DNA of 63,815 nucleotides, filler included, from an uncultured bacterium (GTDB lineage: Bacteria > B130-G9), in NCBI GenBank assembly GCA_965372715.1. It is 3 parts of 3 records of this genome, joined end to end, with 100 filler letters (N's around TTAATTAATTAA, not from the genome) between each part and the next. Parts side by side here need not be neighbours in the genome. Positions count along the whole stretch, not along the records: positions 1 to 30,289 come from CBDVDH010000049.1; 2 more parts are not named here. One strand, written 5' to 3'. The notes beneath the pieces are model-generated. The model searched no databases. It was not told the origin of the DNA and worked only from the letters and a program-made list of their open reading frames with translations. This document shows, piece by piece, positions 1 to 8,563 of this stretch. The first letter of the stretch is position 1. Every line of letters begins with the position of its first letter. The position numbers and the translations under genes are program-made.

Positions 1-50
1 CCTACGCAATAGCATTCACGATTGCAACGTAGCCTCTAAGGAGCAGTGTA

Positions 51-1799
51 TTGCCAAACAGACCTGAAAGGGCGAGGAACCTGAGAAGCCAGAAGGCACG
101 GGCGAGGGGCTACGAGGTGGATGCCCTGCGGCTGGGCTGCGGCTGGTCGCATGAGGACCTGTCGCGGCCGTTGGCGCTAGTCGAGAGCTGCTATGGGCAC
201 TCGCATCCGGGGAGTATTCATCTCGATTCGGTTACTCAGAAGGCTTACGAAGGTCTCTTGCAGGCGGGCATTAGGCCAGCCAAATACTTCTGCACCGACA
301 TCTGCGACGGCATAACGCAGGGAACCGACGCGATGAGGCTCTCGCTCGCGTCAAGAGAGGTGATTGCGCACGCCGCCGAGCTCCACGGGACGTCCGCCCA
401 CGCTGACGGGGCTCTCTTTGTGTCCAGCTGCGATAAAGCGGTCCCAGGACATCTAATCGCCGCGGCGAGGCTCAATCTGCCGACGGTCTTTGCTCTGGGA
501 GGCGTGATGTCCCACGGCGCCTCGTTCAGGACTCTTGAATCCGTTGTCGATGTCCAGCGGCGCCTCGGACAGGGGAGAATCGAAAAGGCCGCTCGCGATG
601 CGCTCTATGAGGACGCTTGCCCGACCGCGGGGGCGTGCGCGTTCATGGGCACCGCCTGCACGATGCAGATTATGGCTGAGTCGCTGGGGCTGGCCCTTCC
701 GGGCTCGGCGCTTTGCCCGGCGTGGTCGCTTGAGCTCCTGAGACTCGCAGGCAAGTCGGGCGGCATTCTGGCCGCTCAGATGCAACGGGACGTGAGATTC
801 AGCGACATCGTCTCGAAGGCGTCCATTGAAAATGCGCTGACGGTGCTCGCAGCCGTCGGCGGCTCAACGAACGCCCTATTGCACCTCGCGGCGCTCGCAA
901 CGTCGATGGGGCTCGAGTTCTCGCTGAAAGAAGCAGACGCTATCTTCGCGAGAACGCCGCTTCTGTGCGACATCAGACCAGCCGGGCGCCATCCGTCGGA
1001 TCTATTCTGGCAAGCAGGCGGCCTCCCGAAGCTCATCGCGAGCCTCGGCAAGGCGATACGCGGCGACGTTCTGACGATCACTGGCAAGACGCTCGTCGAA
1101 TCTGCGGAAGACTATCTCAAGAGCCGCCGGGCGGAGCTTATGGACGGCTATCTCAAGAGGTTCGGTCGGACACCGGAATCCATCATCAGACCCACTGATA
1201 ACCCCGTGAGAGAGTCCGCACCGATAGCTATCTTATTCGGCGATTTGGCGCCTAACGGAGCGGTGGTCAAGCGGACGGCCTCCGACGAAGGGGCAAAGGT
1301 GTTCTCAGCACGGGTCTTTGATGACGAAGAGAGTGCGCTCAAGGCGATAGTTTCGGGCAGGATCGAACCTCGCGATGCGCTGGTCATACGCTACGAAGGC
1401 CCCAGGGCGACGGGCATGCCCGAGCAGTTTTACGCGACCGAGCTCCTTGCGATCGATGAGGAGCTTGCGAATCAGGTAGCGGTGCTGACCGACGGTCGTT
1501 TCTCGGGCGCAACACGAGGCTTATGCGTCGGGCACATCTCGCCAGAGGCGGCGGCCGAGGGTCCCATCGCGCTCCTTGAGGACGGGGACAGAATCTCAGT
1601 GGACGTCGAAAGCAGAAGGCTCGACCTCGTTGGCGACAGGGCCGGTATGATGTCTGAGAACGATTCTCTCCTGCTACTTGAGCGAAGACGCGCTTCGTTC
1701 AAAAAGCCGCCCGCCAAGCGACATACCGGGCTTCTTGCGATCTACACGGCGCTCGCCTCGCCCGTTGAGAAGGGCTGCCTCATGGAGCCGCCTGAGTAG
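51..1799 (+). CDS. ilvD: IlvD/Edd-family dihydroxy-acid (or sugar-acid) dehydratase
   Basis: Motifs CDG, SSCDKAVPG, CPTAGAC, GGSTN, YEGP, TDGRFSG, GHISPEA; TTG start. Confidence 0.85.
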   Translation: MPNRPERARNLRSQKARARGYEVDALRLGCGWSHEDLSRPLALVESCYGHSHPGSIHLDSVTQKAYEGLLQAGIRPAKYFCTDICDGITQGTDAMRLSLASREVIAHAAELHGTSAHADGALFVSSCDKAVPGHLIAAARLNLPTVFALGGVMSHGASFRTLESVVDVQRRLGQGRIEKAARDALYEDACPTAGACAFMGTACTMQIMAESLGLALPGSALCPAWSLELLRLAGKSGGILAAQMQRDVRFSDIVSKASIENALTVLAAVGGSTNALLHLAALATSMGLEFSLKEADAIFARTPLLCDIRPAGRHPSDLFWQAGGLPKLIASLGKAIRGDVLTITGKTLVESAEDYLKSRRAELMDGYLKRFGRTPESIIRPTDNPVRESAPIAILFGDLAPNGAVVKRTASDEGAKVFSARVFDDEESALKAIVSGRIEPRDALVIRYEGPRATGMPEQFYATELLAIDEELANQVAVLTDGRFSGATRGLCVGHISPEAAAEGPIALLEDGDRISVDVESRRLDLVGDRAGMMSENDSLLLLERRRASFKKPPAKRHTGLLAIYTALASPVEKGCLMEPPE

Positions 1800-1802
1800 C
1801 CG

Positions 1803-2579
1803 GTGAGAGCTGACTTACCGGATGCTGTAACACAGGCAGCGAACCTACTTCGGGACGCAAAGCACCCAATTGCACTCACAGGGGCTGGAATCTCGGTCGA
1901 AAGCGGCGTCCCGGCGTTCAGAGGCAAAAGCGGGCTGTGGGACAAGTATCCCATCGAGGAGTATGCGACCATCGAGGCGTTCGTGAGGAATCCCCAAAAG
2001 GTCTGGGCCTTCTTCAAGGAGTTCTACGAGGTCCTGAACAAAGCGAAGCCGAATCCGGCCCACATCGCACTGGCAAGCCTCGAGAAAGCTGGCGTCTTGA
2101 AGAGCATTGTGACGCAGAATATCGACAACCTGCATCAGCGAGCGGGTAGCAGGAATGTCATAGAGTTCCACGGCAGCGGCTCGACCCTTGAGTGCCTTGA
2201 ATGCGGCTCCGTCGTTCACTTTGACGAGCAAATGTTGACGCCTCCGGTCCCCACTTGCGACTGTGGTGGGCTTCTGAAGCCGCAGATCGTCCTCTTTGGC
2301 GAGGCGATACCGTTTTCGGCTCTCGAAGCGGCTCAGCGTGAGGCGCTGCTCTGCGACGTGATGCTGGTAGTCGGGACCTCTGCCCAAATCGCGCCGGCTT
2401 CAATGCTGCCGATAGTCGCAAAGCGGCGAGGCGCTATGATTGTCGAGATGAACGTCGAACAGACGTATCTGACGGGGTGTGTTGCGGATTTGAGTGTGTT
2501 AGGTTCCGTGGGATTGACGTTGCCGGAGGTTGCCCATCTTGTTTCGGGCGATTATATTGGTGCGCCAACAGTCCGGTAG
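1803..2579 (+). CDS. cobB: NAD-dependent protein deacylase (Sir2/CobB)
   Basis: TGAGISVESGVPAFRG, TQNIDNLH, HG, CxxC...CxC zinc site, VVGTS. Confidence 0.93.
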   Translation: MRADLPDAVTQAANLLRDAKHPIALTGAGISVESGVPAFRGKSGLWDKYPIEEYATIEAFVRNPQKVWAFFKEFYEVLNKAKPNPAHIALASLEKAGVLKSIVTQNIDNLHQRAGSRNVIEFHGSGSTLECLECGSVVHFDEQMLTPPVPTCDCGGLLKPQIVLFGEAIPFSALEAAQREALLCDVMLVVGTSAQIAPASMLPIVAKRRGAMIVEMNVEQTYLTGCVADLSVLGSVGLTLPEVAHLVSGDYIGAPTVR

Positions 2580-2612
2580 GTGGATGATTCTGTCGTCGAG
2601 GGATTCGCGTTT

Positions 2613-4649
2613 ATGGAATGTGACGTTTCTTCAATTCGCAATCTGGGCATCATCGCGCACATCGACGCGGGCAAGACGACCTTCACAGAGCGCGCGCTTT
2701 TCTACGCCGGTCGCATCCACAGAATCGGCGAGGTCGATGAGGGCTCCGCCGCAATGGACTGGATGGATCAGGAGAAGGAGCGTGGAATAACGATAACTTC
2801 TGCCGTAACGACGCTTGGCTGGCAGGGGTGCCAGATAAACCTCATCGACACGCCTGGGCACGTCGATTTCACGGTTGAGGTTGAGCGGAGTCTCAGGATC
2901 CTCGACGGGGCGATCGTGATTTTCTGTGCCGTTGAGGGCGTCGAGCCGCAGTCCGAAGCGGTGTGGCATCGGGCGGACAGATACAACCTGCCGAGGATAG
3001 TCTTCGTCAACAAAATGGATAGGATTGGCGCGGAGTTCTTCTCGGTCCTTCAGATGATGTCGAAGCGGCTTAACGCAAAGGCAATTCCGGTGCAAATCCC
3101 GATCGGGGCGGAGGCGGAGTTCGTTGGCGTGATCGATCTGTTGGACATGCAGATGCTGCGCTGGACCCGGGCGGACAAAGGCAAGAGCTATTCCAAGGCT
3201 CCGATACCGAAGGCAAAGCGAAAGCTCGCACAAAGATATAGAAACCGCCTCGTTGAGGCAGTCGCTTGCACTGACGAGTCGCTCTTGGTGAGGGTCACTG
3301 ACGGCAATGAAGAGGTCTCATCCGCGATGCTGAAGGCCGCACTGCGGGCCGCGGTGATGCGTTCGGAGCTCGTGCCTGTCTTCTGCGGCTCTGCGCTCAG
3401 GAACACGGGGATTCAGCCCGTCTTGGACGCCGCAGTCGAGTATTTCCCAGCGCCAATTGACCGCCCGCCTATTGTCCGTGAGAACTTACTAACGAAGGAA
3501 AAGGTTGATGTCAGGCCAAACCCCGAAGACCCCTGCGCTCTTCTGGTGTTCAAAGTGATGCACCTTCAAGACAAGGTGAAGGTTTGGTATTGCCGAGTCT
3601 ATTCCGGGGCTGTTCGGGAGGGTGATATCCTCTACAACTCGACGAGAAAGATCGCGGAGAGAGTCTCTCAGGTCGTGAGAATGCATGGGCCAAGAAAGGC
3701 GAGGGTCAAAGCAGCCGGGGCGGGCGAAATAGTCGGCCTAGTGGGACTGAAGAACACTTACACCGGCGATACTTTATGCAGCAGCATAAGGCCTGTTGTG
3801 CTCGAGGCGATGGACTTCCCAGAGCCGGTTGTTTCCATGGCGATTGAGCCGAGAGCCCAGAACGATCTGAAGAAGATGTTCTTGTGTCTGGCTCAGCTTC
3901 AGTCCGAGGACCCCACGTTCCGCGCAAAGCAGAACAAGGAGACAGGGCAAACGGTAATCTCTGGGATGGGTGAGCTTCATCTTGAGGTCCTCGTCGAAAG
4001 GCTCAAGAGGGAGTTCAAGGTCGAGACAAGGACGGGTCAGCCGCAGGTTGCGTTCAAGGAGGGTATCAGACGCCAGGGAACCGGAACCGGAACGTTCTCA
4101 AAGACAAGCGGGTCTAGTGCCCAAACAGTCACGATTACGGTCAGCGTGAAGCCCGCGCCTCGTGGGCATGGCTTGATCTTGGAGTCGGAGGTTGACCTGG
4201 ACCCCAGATCAGCGGACAGATATGGCGCCCTTAAGAAGGCCCAGGAAAACACCATGAGCGCCGGGGTGCTAATGGGCTACCCGATGATAGACATTTGGGC
4301 GACCATCATTTCAATCGATGAGGAGAATCTGGACCGACGCGACCAGGCATTCTACAACGCCGCAAGCGCCGCATTCAAGAATGCGCTTCAAAATGCCCAT
4401 CCAGTGCTGCTAGAGCCGATCATGAAAGGGGAGATCATGACCCCGCGTGAGTATTCCAGCAGAGTGATTGAGGGACTTGGAATGCGAGGCGGCAAGATAA
4501 ACGAAATAGTGACGAGGGGACCCCTTCAGATAATCACGGTGAGCATCTCGCTATCGAAGACATTTGGCTTCGCGACGCAGCTTCGCTCAGAGACCCAAGG
4601 CCGCGCAAGCTATATGATGGACCTCTCGCACTACGCGGAAGTGAAGTGA
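2613..4649 (+). CDS. fusA: Elongation factor G paralog (EF-G2-like)
   Basis: AHIDAGKTT, RGITI, DTPGH, NKMD, GMGELHLE, LRSETQGRA; not in a str operon; start moved to ATG 2613 (track 2580). Confidence 0.88.
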   Translation: MECDVSSIRNLGIIAHIDAGKTTFTERALFYAGRIHRIGEVDEGSAAMDWMDQEKERGITITSAVTTLGWQGCQINLIDTPGHVDFTVEVERSLRILDGAIVIFCAVEGVEPQSEAVWHRADRYNLPRIVFVNKMDRIGAEFFSVLQMMSKRLNAKAIPVQIPIGAEAEFVGVIDLLDMQMLRWTRADKGKSYSKAPIPKAKRKLAQRYRNRLVEAVACTDESLLVRVTDGNEEVSSAMLKAALRAAVMRSELVPVFCGSALRNTGIQPVLDAAVEYFPAPIDRPPIVRENLLTKEKVDVRPNPEDPCALLVFKVMHLQDKVKVWYCRVYSGAVREGDILYNSTRKIAERVSQVVRMHGPRKARVKAAGAGEIVGLVGLKNTYTGDTLCSSIRPVVLEAMDFPEPVVSMAIEPRAQNDLKKMFLCLAQLQSEDPTFRAKQNKETGQTVISGMGELHLEVLVERLKREFKVETRTGQPQVAFKEGIRRQGTGTGTFSKTSGSSAQTVTITVSVKPAPRGHGLILESEVDLDPRSADRYGALKKAQENTMSAGVLMGYPMIDIWATIISIDEENLDRRDQAFYNAASAAFKNALQNAHPVLLEPIMKGEIMTPREYSSRVIEGLGMRGGKINEIVTRGPLQIITVSISLSKTFGFATQLRSETQGRASYMMDLSHYAEVK

Positions 4650-5170
4650 AGTCCAAACTCCAAAGTCCAAAGCCCAAAGCCCAAAGCCGGGACGTTGGTC
4701 CACCGTTCGGCGGACCGTGTGGCGAATCCAGAACCAATGATGGCTATTCAGAGGTTCGAGGATTATCCGACGCGGTTGTCCGCGCCCGATCGATTGCCTT
4801 GATTTTCTTGGCTTTGCTGGGTGTCTTTGCCTGGAAGTATCATTTTGAGTTCGGGCGGAGGGCTGACGCAATGGCTCTCGACGGTGGCCCGTTCGGACAG
4901 TTTGAGATCGCAGCTCGCTTCTCCGGTGTTCCGGAGCAGACAGCCGGCAAGGTGCGTGAGGGGGACGAGATGATAATCCGCGGCTGGCAGCTAGCCGGCG
5001 TGGTCGAGAGGTCTTTTCAGTTGAAAGACGCAGCAAAGGGGGAGCTTCGTCTTCGCTTTCGCTCCCCCAATTGGCTCAAATACTACTTGGACCCTTCGCC
5101 CGGCGCCGAGGTAGTTTTCGTTACGGACGCCTATTCGCTGAAGGGCGCCATCGAGCCGCAGCACCGATGA
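4646..5170 (+). CDS. Hypothetical membrane-anchored protein
   Basis: GTGA overlap with fusA stop; one hydrophobic helix (IALIFLALLGVFAW); true start uncertain. Confidence 0.55.
   Translation: MKSKLQSPKPKAQSRDVGPPFGGPCGESRTNDGYSEVRGLSDAVVRARSIALIFLALLGVFAWKYHFEFGRRADAMALDGGPFGQFEIAARFSGVPEQTAGKVREGDEMIIRGWQLAGVVERSFQLKDAAKGELRLRFRSPNWLKYYLDPSPGAEVVFVTDAYSLKGAIEPQHR
4651..4688 (+). repeat. Heptamer tandem repeat (S-Y-CCAAA)x5
   Basis: gtccaaa ctccaaa gtccaaa gcccaaa gcccaaa. Confidence 0.85.
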
Positions 5171-5228
5171 ATCTCCCCAGCTGTGCTGCAATGTCCAGAA
5201 TGTGGCTACAGGACGCATGATAGGTCTT

Positions 5229-5302
5229 GTAGGGGCGGCGCTTGCCCCGCCCTCCTGTAATATAACCGAACGCATAAAGGGCGGGGCAAGCACCGCCCCT
5301 AC
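5229..5302. repeat. GTAG-type REP doublet (REPIN), family A
   Basis: GTAGGGGCGGCGCTTGCCCCGCCCT ... AGGGCGGGGCAAGCACCGCCCCTAC; same arms and accgaacg spacer recur at 30390 and 57728. Confidence 0.9.
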
Positions 5303-5320
5303 GAAGCGCCACAGGCATTT

Positions 5321-6274
5321 ATGACCCAAGCTCTTCTAAGACGGCTCCAGCTGTGGGCCAAGCTCTCCAGGCCGAAATTCCAGCTGGTCGGGATTCTGCC
5401 CTATGTTTTGGGCGCTCTGCTCGCGGAGTTCTACGGTCATGCCACAAACTGGACTGTCATGCTCCTGGGCGCCTCAGGAGTGGTGTTGATAATGCTGATC
5501 ACTTACTACCTTGGTGAGTATTTCGACTACGAAACTGATAGCGTCAACCGTGGCTTCAATGCGTTTTCTGGGGGGACCAGGGTCCTCCAGACAGGCGAGG
5601 TCAAAAGGTCATCGCCCCTTGGCGCGGCGCTGTTGCTGCTGCTTCCGGTGGCCGCCGTCGCACTTGCTCTTCAATTCTATTTCGGATGCGGGGCATATAC
5701 CATCCCACTTGGGGTTGTGGGGCTTTCAGCGGGTATCTTCTACTCCGCCAAGCCCGTCCAATGGGCATATCATGGCCTGGGCGAGCTTTTCATCGGGGTC
5801 TGCTACGGATGGCTCGCGGTCAACACCGGCTATTACTTGCAGACAGGCCAGTTTCATCTCGTAGGGACTTTCGTTGCGCTGCCCATCATGACCAGTATTG
5901 TGGCCGTGATAGTCATAAACGAATTCCCCGACCGCGAGGCGGATAAGGCAACGGGCAAGCGCAACCTGGTGGTCTTACTGGGCACAAGACTCTCGTTGAC
6001 GCTCTATCAATTCCTGGTTCTTGTCACTCTCTCGTTCTCTTTTCTGCCTGCCGCGATAGCATTCTCATTTCCATACCACTTCCTGCCGCTGGTTCTTGTT
6101 CCCGTGGTCCTGAACAATCTGCTCGCGTCAAGCAAGCTCCCAACCGGCAGCTCTGAACAGCTAGAGTCGCTTTGTGCGGGCACGCTACTCCTGAACCTGC
6201 TGGTCATACTTCTTCCTCTGGTCTCCGTAATGTATGAACTCATCAAACGGATCATCTGGCTCCAGACGCTATGA
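5321..6274 (+). CDS. menA: UbiA-family prenyltransferase (MenA-like)
   Basis: Multi-TM protein; EYFDYETD, FSGGTRV, GLGEL, NEFPDREADKATGKRNL. Confidence 0.75.
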   Translation: MTQALLRRLQLWAKLSRPKFQLVGILPYVLGALLAEFYGHATNWTVMLLGASGVVLIMLITYYLGEYFDYETDSVNRGFNAFSGGTRVLQTGEVKRSSPLGAALLLLLPVAAVALALQFYFGCGAYTIPLGVVGLSAGIFYSAKPVQWAYHGLGELFIGVCYGWLAVNTGYYLQTGQFHLVGTFVALPIMTSIVAVIVINEFPDREADKATGKRNLVVLLGTRLSLTLYQFLVLVTLSFSFLPAAIAFSFPYHFLPLVLVPVVLNNLLASSKLPTGSSEQLESLCAGTLLLNLLVILLPLVSVMYELIKRIIWLQTL

Positions 6275-6966
6275 AATACAGGGCGGTCGGCTTCGACGTT
6301 GACGGGACGCTGGTCCAGAACGTCGGCTATTGCTGGGAGACTTTTCACGAGCGCTTTGGGGTCGCTGACGAGATCCGCAACACGCTCAAACGACGTTATC
6401 TCGAGGGACGCATAACGTACAAGCAATGGGGCAGCAAGGAGATCGCGATATGGCGAGAGCTCGGCGTCAGGCGGGCCGATTTCACGAAGGTGATCAACAG
6501 TTTGCGGCTCTCGGACGGCGTAGTCGAGACGCTGCACATCCTCAGGCGAACGGGACATTACCTCTTCATCCTTTCAGGGACGATAAGGATCATTCTCGAG
6601 CAACTGCTGCCAAATTACGCCTCGCTCTTCGACATGGTGGCGGTCTCGGACATCCGCTTTGACAAAGAGGGCAGGCCTGTGGATTTCGAGCCCGGCCACC
6701 CTCTCAGAAACGTTCGCGAGAGCAAGCTCTTGGAGCTTGAATCGCTGTGCGAGGCGCAAAAGATCGGACTGTCCCAGGTTGTGTTCGTTGGGGATAACGA
6801 CAACGATGCGGAGATACTCCGGGCCGTTGGGCTTGGGATAGCGTTTTGCCCCAGAAGCGACAACGTCAGGGCTGCCGCGGACGCCGTGGTCGAGGCGCCC
6901 GACCTCAGAAACGTGCTTCCGCACATCCTGGCGCCTATCGCTAAACAGGATAGTGGTTCATCCTGA
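6271..6966 (+). CDS. HAD-IB phosphatase (SerB-like)
   Basis: FDVDGTL, LSG, VGDNDND; ATGA overlap with upstream gene. Confidence 0.8.
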   Translation: MKYRAVGFDVDGTLVQNVGYCWETFHERFGVADEIRNTLKRRYLEGRITYKQWGSKEIAIWRELGVRRADFTKVINSLRLSDGVVETLHILRRTGHYLFILSGTIRIILEQLLPNYASLFDMVAVSDIRFDKEGRPVDFEPGHPLRNVRESKLLELESLCEAQKIGLSQVVFVGDNDNDAEILRAVGLGIAFCPRSDNVRAAADAVVEAPDLRNVLPHILAPIAKQDSGSS

Positions 6967-7091
6967 TTGATGGCGGCGAGCCGCCGCTCCCATACTCAGC
7001 CAGTCTACTTAATCACATCCTCCCATTCGGAAAACGTGGGGACCGAAACCCCAGCCCCCACATTAGCCCTTCTTGACCCTTCGCTAAACTA

Positions 7092-7123
7092 ACGCAAGTA
7101 GCTAAGTGGGAAAGTCAGCAAGT
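7092..7123 (-). repeat. Octamer tandem repeat (ACTTNNNN)x4 directly after the FGE gene stop
   Basis: Minus strand: acttgctg actttccc acttagct acttgcgt. Confidence 0.6.
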
Positions 7124-7125
7124 GA

Positions 7126-8379
7126 TCAATTAGATGACCTGCAAAGGCGGAACCCCACGGCGTAGTCAAGGTCACCGGGGGTGAAACAGACGTGAACCGC
7201 CGAACGGCATTCCGGGGCGCCGCTACCATAGGTGCCCCCGCGCAGGACCCGTTCAGAGCCACTACTGGCGCCCGTAGGATCGCTGTCCGGATCGGGCCGC
7301 GTCCCATAGTAGCTCGGCGAAAACCAATCCCAACACCACTCCCAGACGTTGCCCGACATATCATACAATCCGAACGCGTTAGGTATTTTCTCGCCAACCG
7401 ATTGTGTCCCCTCCTCGTCTGCGTGGGGATTTTTCCAATCACGACTGTATGCATTCCTCCTATACCAGCAATACTGCTTCATAATCGACTCTTCGCTGCT
7501 ATCGCCCCAGTAGTATCGCGTCGTCGTCCCGGCCCGACAGGCATATTCCCACTCCGCCTCTGTCGGCAATCGATAGCCATCCGCTTCCCAATCGCAGATC
7601 ACATCCGCCGATCTGATTTGAAGGCCGTAGTAGGTCATATTCGTCATCGTGTAGCACTTCGTATAACCATGGGCTTCGGACAATTCGTTGCAGAAATAGA
7701 CGCAATCAAACCAGGTAGCAAACTCGACCGGGTGATCATCGCCGCTGAACCCCGACTCGTTCCAGTCCATAACGTCTTCCCACTGCCTCTGCGTTACCTC
7801 TGTCTCTGACATCTCAAACGGCGAGATGTTCACAACCCGCTGTGGTCCCTCGTCCATATATCGCCCCTCTTCATCACTTGGCGAACCCATCAAGAACGAT
7901 CCGGCAGGGATTGAGACCATCGTGATGTCCGTCGAAGGGCCGGTTAAATTGTAGCTGAATGGAGTCAAGCTTGCGTTGCAGACCCAGCCGGAGGTCCCGG
8001 GATATGTGAGAACTGCGGCTAAGGAGTAGTATCCTACTCCAGCTATCGGCGGCTCATCACTGGGAAGGTTGAACGTCCAGAACACCGTAGGCTCCATCTC
8101 GAACCAAGCAGGGACGAAGATATCTGGGAGCCAAGGGTCGATGGAATGGCTCCAGCCAGCATATTGCATGGACCAGATGTCGCCATCCGGCAGGATGATC
8201 CCCACATATACATCGACTGACATCGCCTCGTCATCATTCTCCGCCGATAGGCTGGCCTCGATTGTATCGCCGGATTGATACGCAGCAGCGTCGGCGTAGA
8301 TGTTGATTGTTGGCTCGGCCAGAGCCATCGTCCCGACAGCCAGAACCAGTGCGAAAACTACATATATAGCTGCTCTCAT
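7126..8379 (-). CDS. Secreted FGE-sulfatase (SUMF1-like, C-lectin fold) domain protein with N-terminal shared domain
   Basis: Signal peptide MRAAIYVVFALVLAVGTMALA after AAGGAGG RBS; GSFLMGS, TEVTQ, RLPTEAEWEYACR, PNAFGLYDMSGNVWEW, RGG, GFRL; track extension to 8934 judged spurious. Confidence 0.88.
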   Translation of the reverse strand: MRAAIYVVFALVLAVGTMALAEPTINIYADAAAYQSGDTIEASLSAENDDEAMSVDVYVGIILPDGDIWSMQYAGWSHSIDPWLPDIFVPAWFEMEPTVFWTFNLPSDEPPIAGVGYYSLAAVLTYPGTSGWVCNASLTPFSYNLTGPSTDITMVSIPAGSFLMGSPSDEEGRYMDEGPQRVVNISPFEMSETEVTQRQWEDVMDWNESGFSGDDHPVEFATWFDCVYFCNELSEAHGYTKCYTMTNMTYYGLQIRSADVICDWEADGYRLPTEAEWEYACRAGTTTRYYWGDSSEESIMKQYCWYRRNAYSRDWKNPHADEEGTQSVGEKIPNAFGLYDMSGNVWEWCWDWFSPSYYGTRPDPDSDPTGASSGSERVLRGGTYGSGAPECRSAVHVCFTPGDLDYAVGFRLCRSSN

Positions 8380-8563
8380 GTCTAATCCTCCTTTGCGGGA
8401 AGTTAATGTTACATGCTCGTTACTCACGCAGACCATACAGAACAGAATACGATAATGGAATCGACATTCTACACTAGGAATAGACGAAACCGCAAGTATC
8501 CCTGCGCCTCCAATAATGGCTCCGCCCCGGCCAAATGAAGCCGCCGCATACCAATCAGTCAAA

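Noticed and set aside
5171-5260. In-frame continuation past TGA encoding CPECGY (possible readthrough or zinc-ribbon microprotein)
   Set aside because: No RBS or SECIS-like support, and the second half is REP-derived
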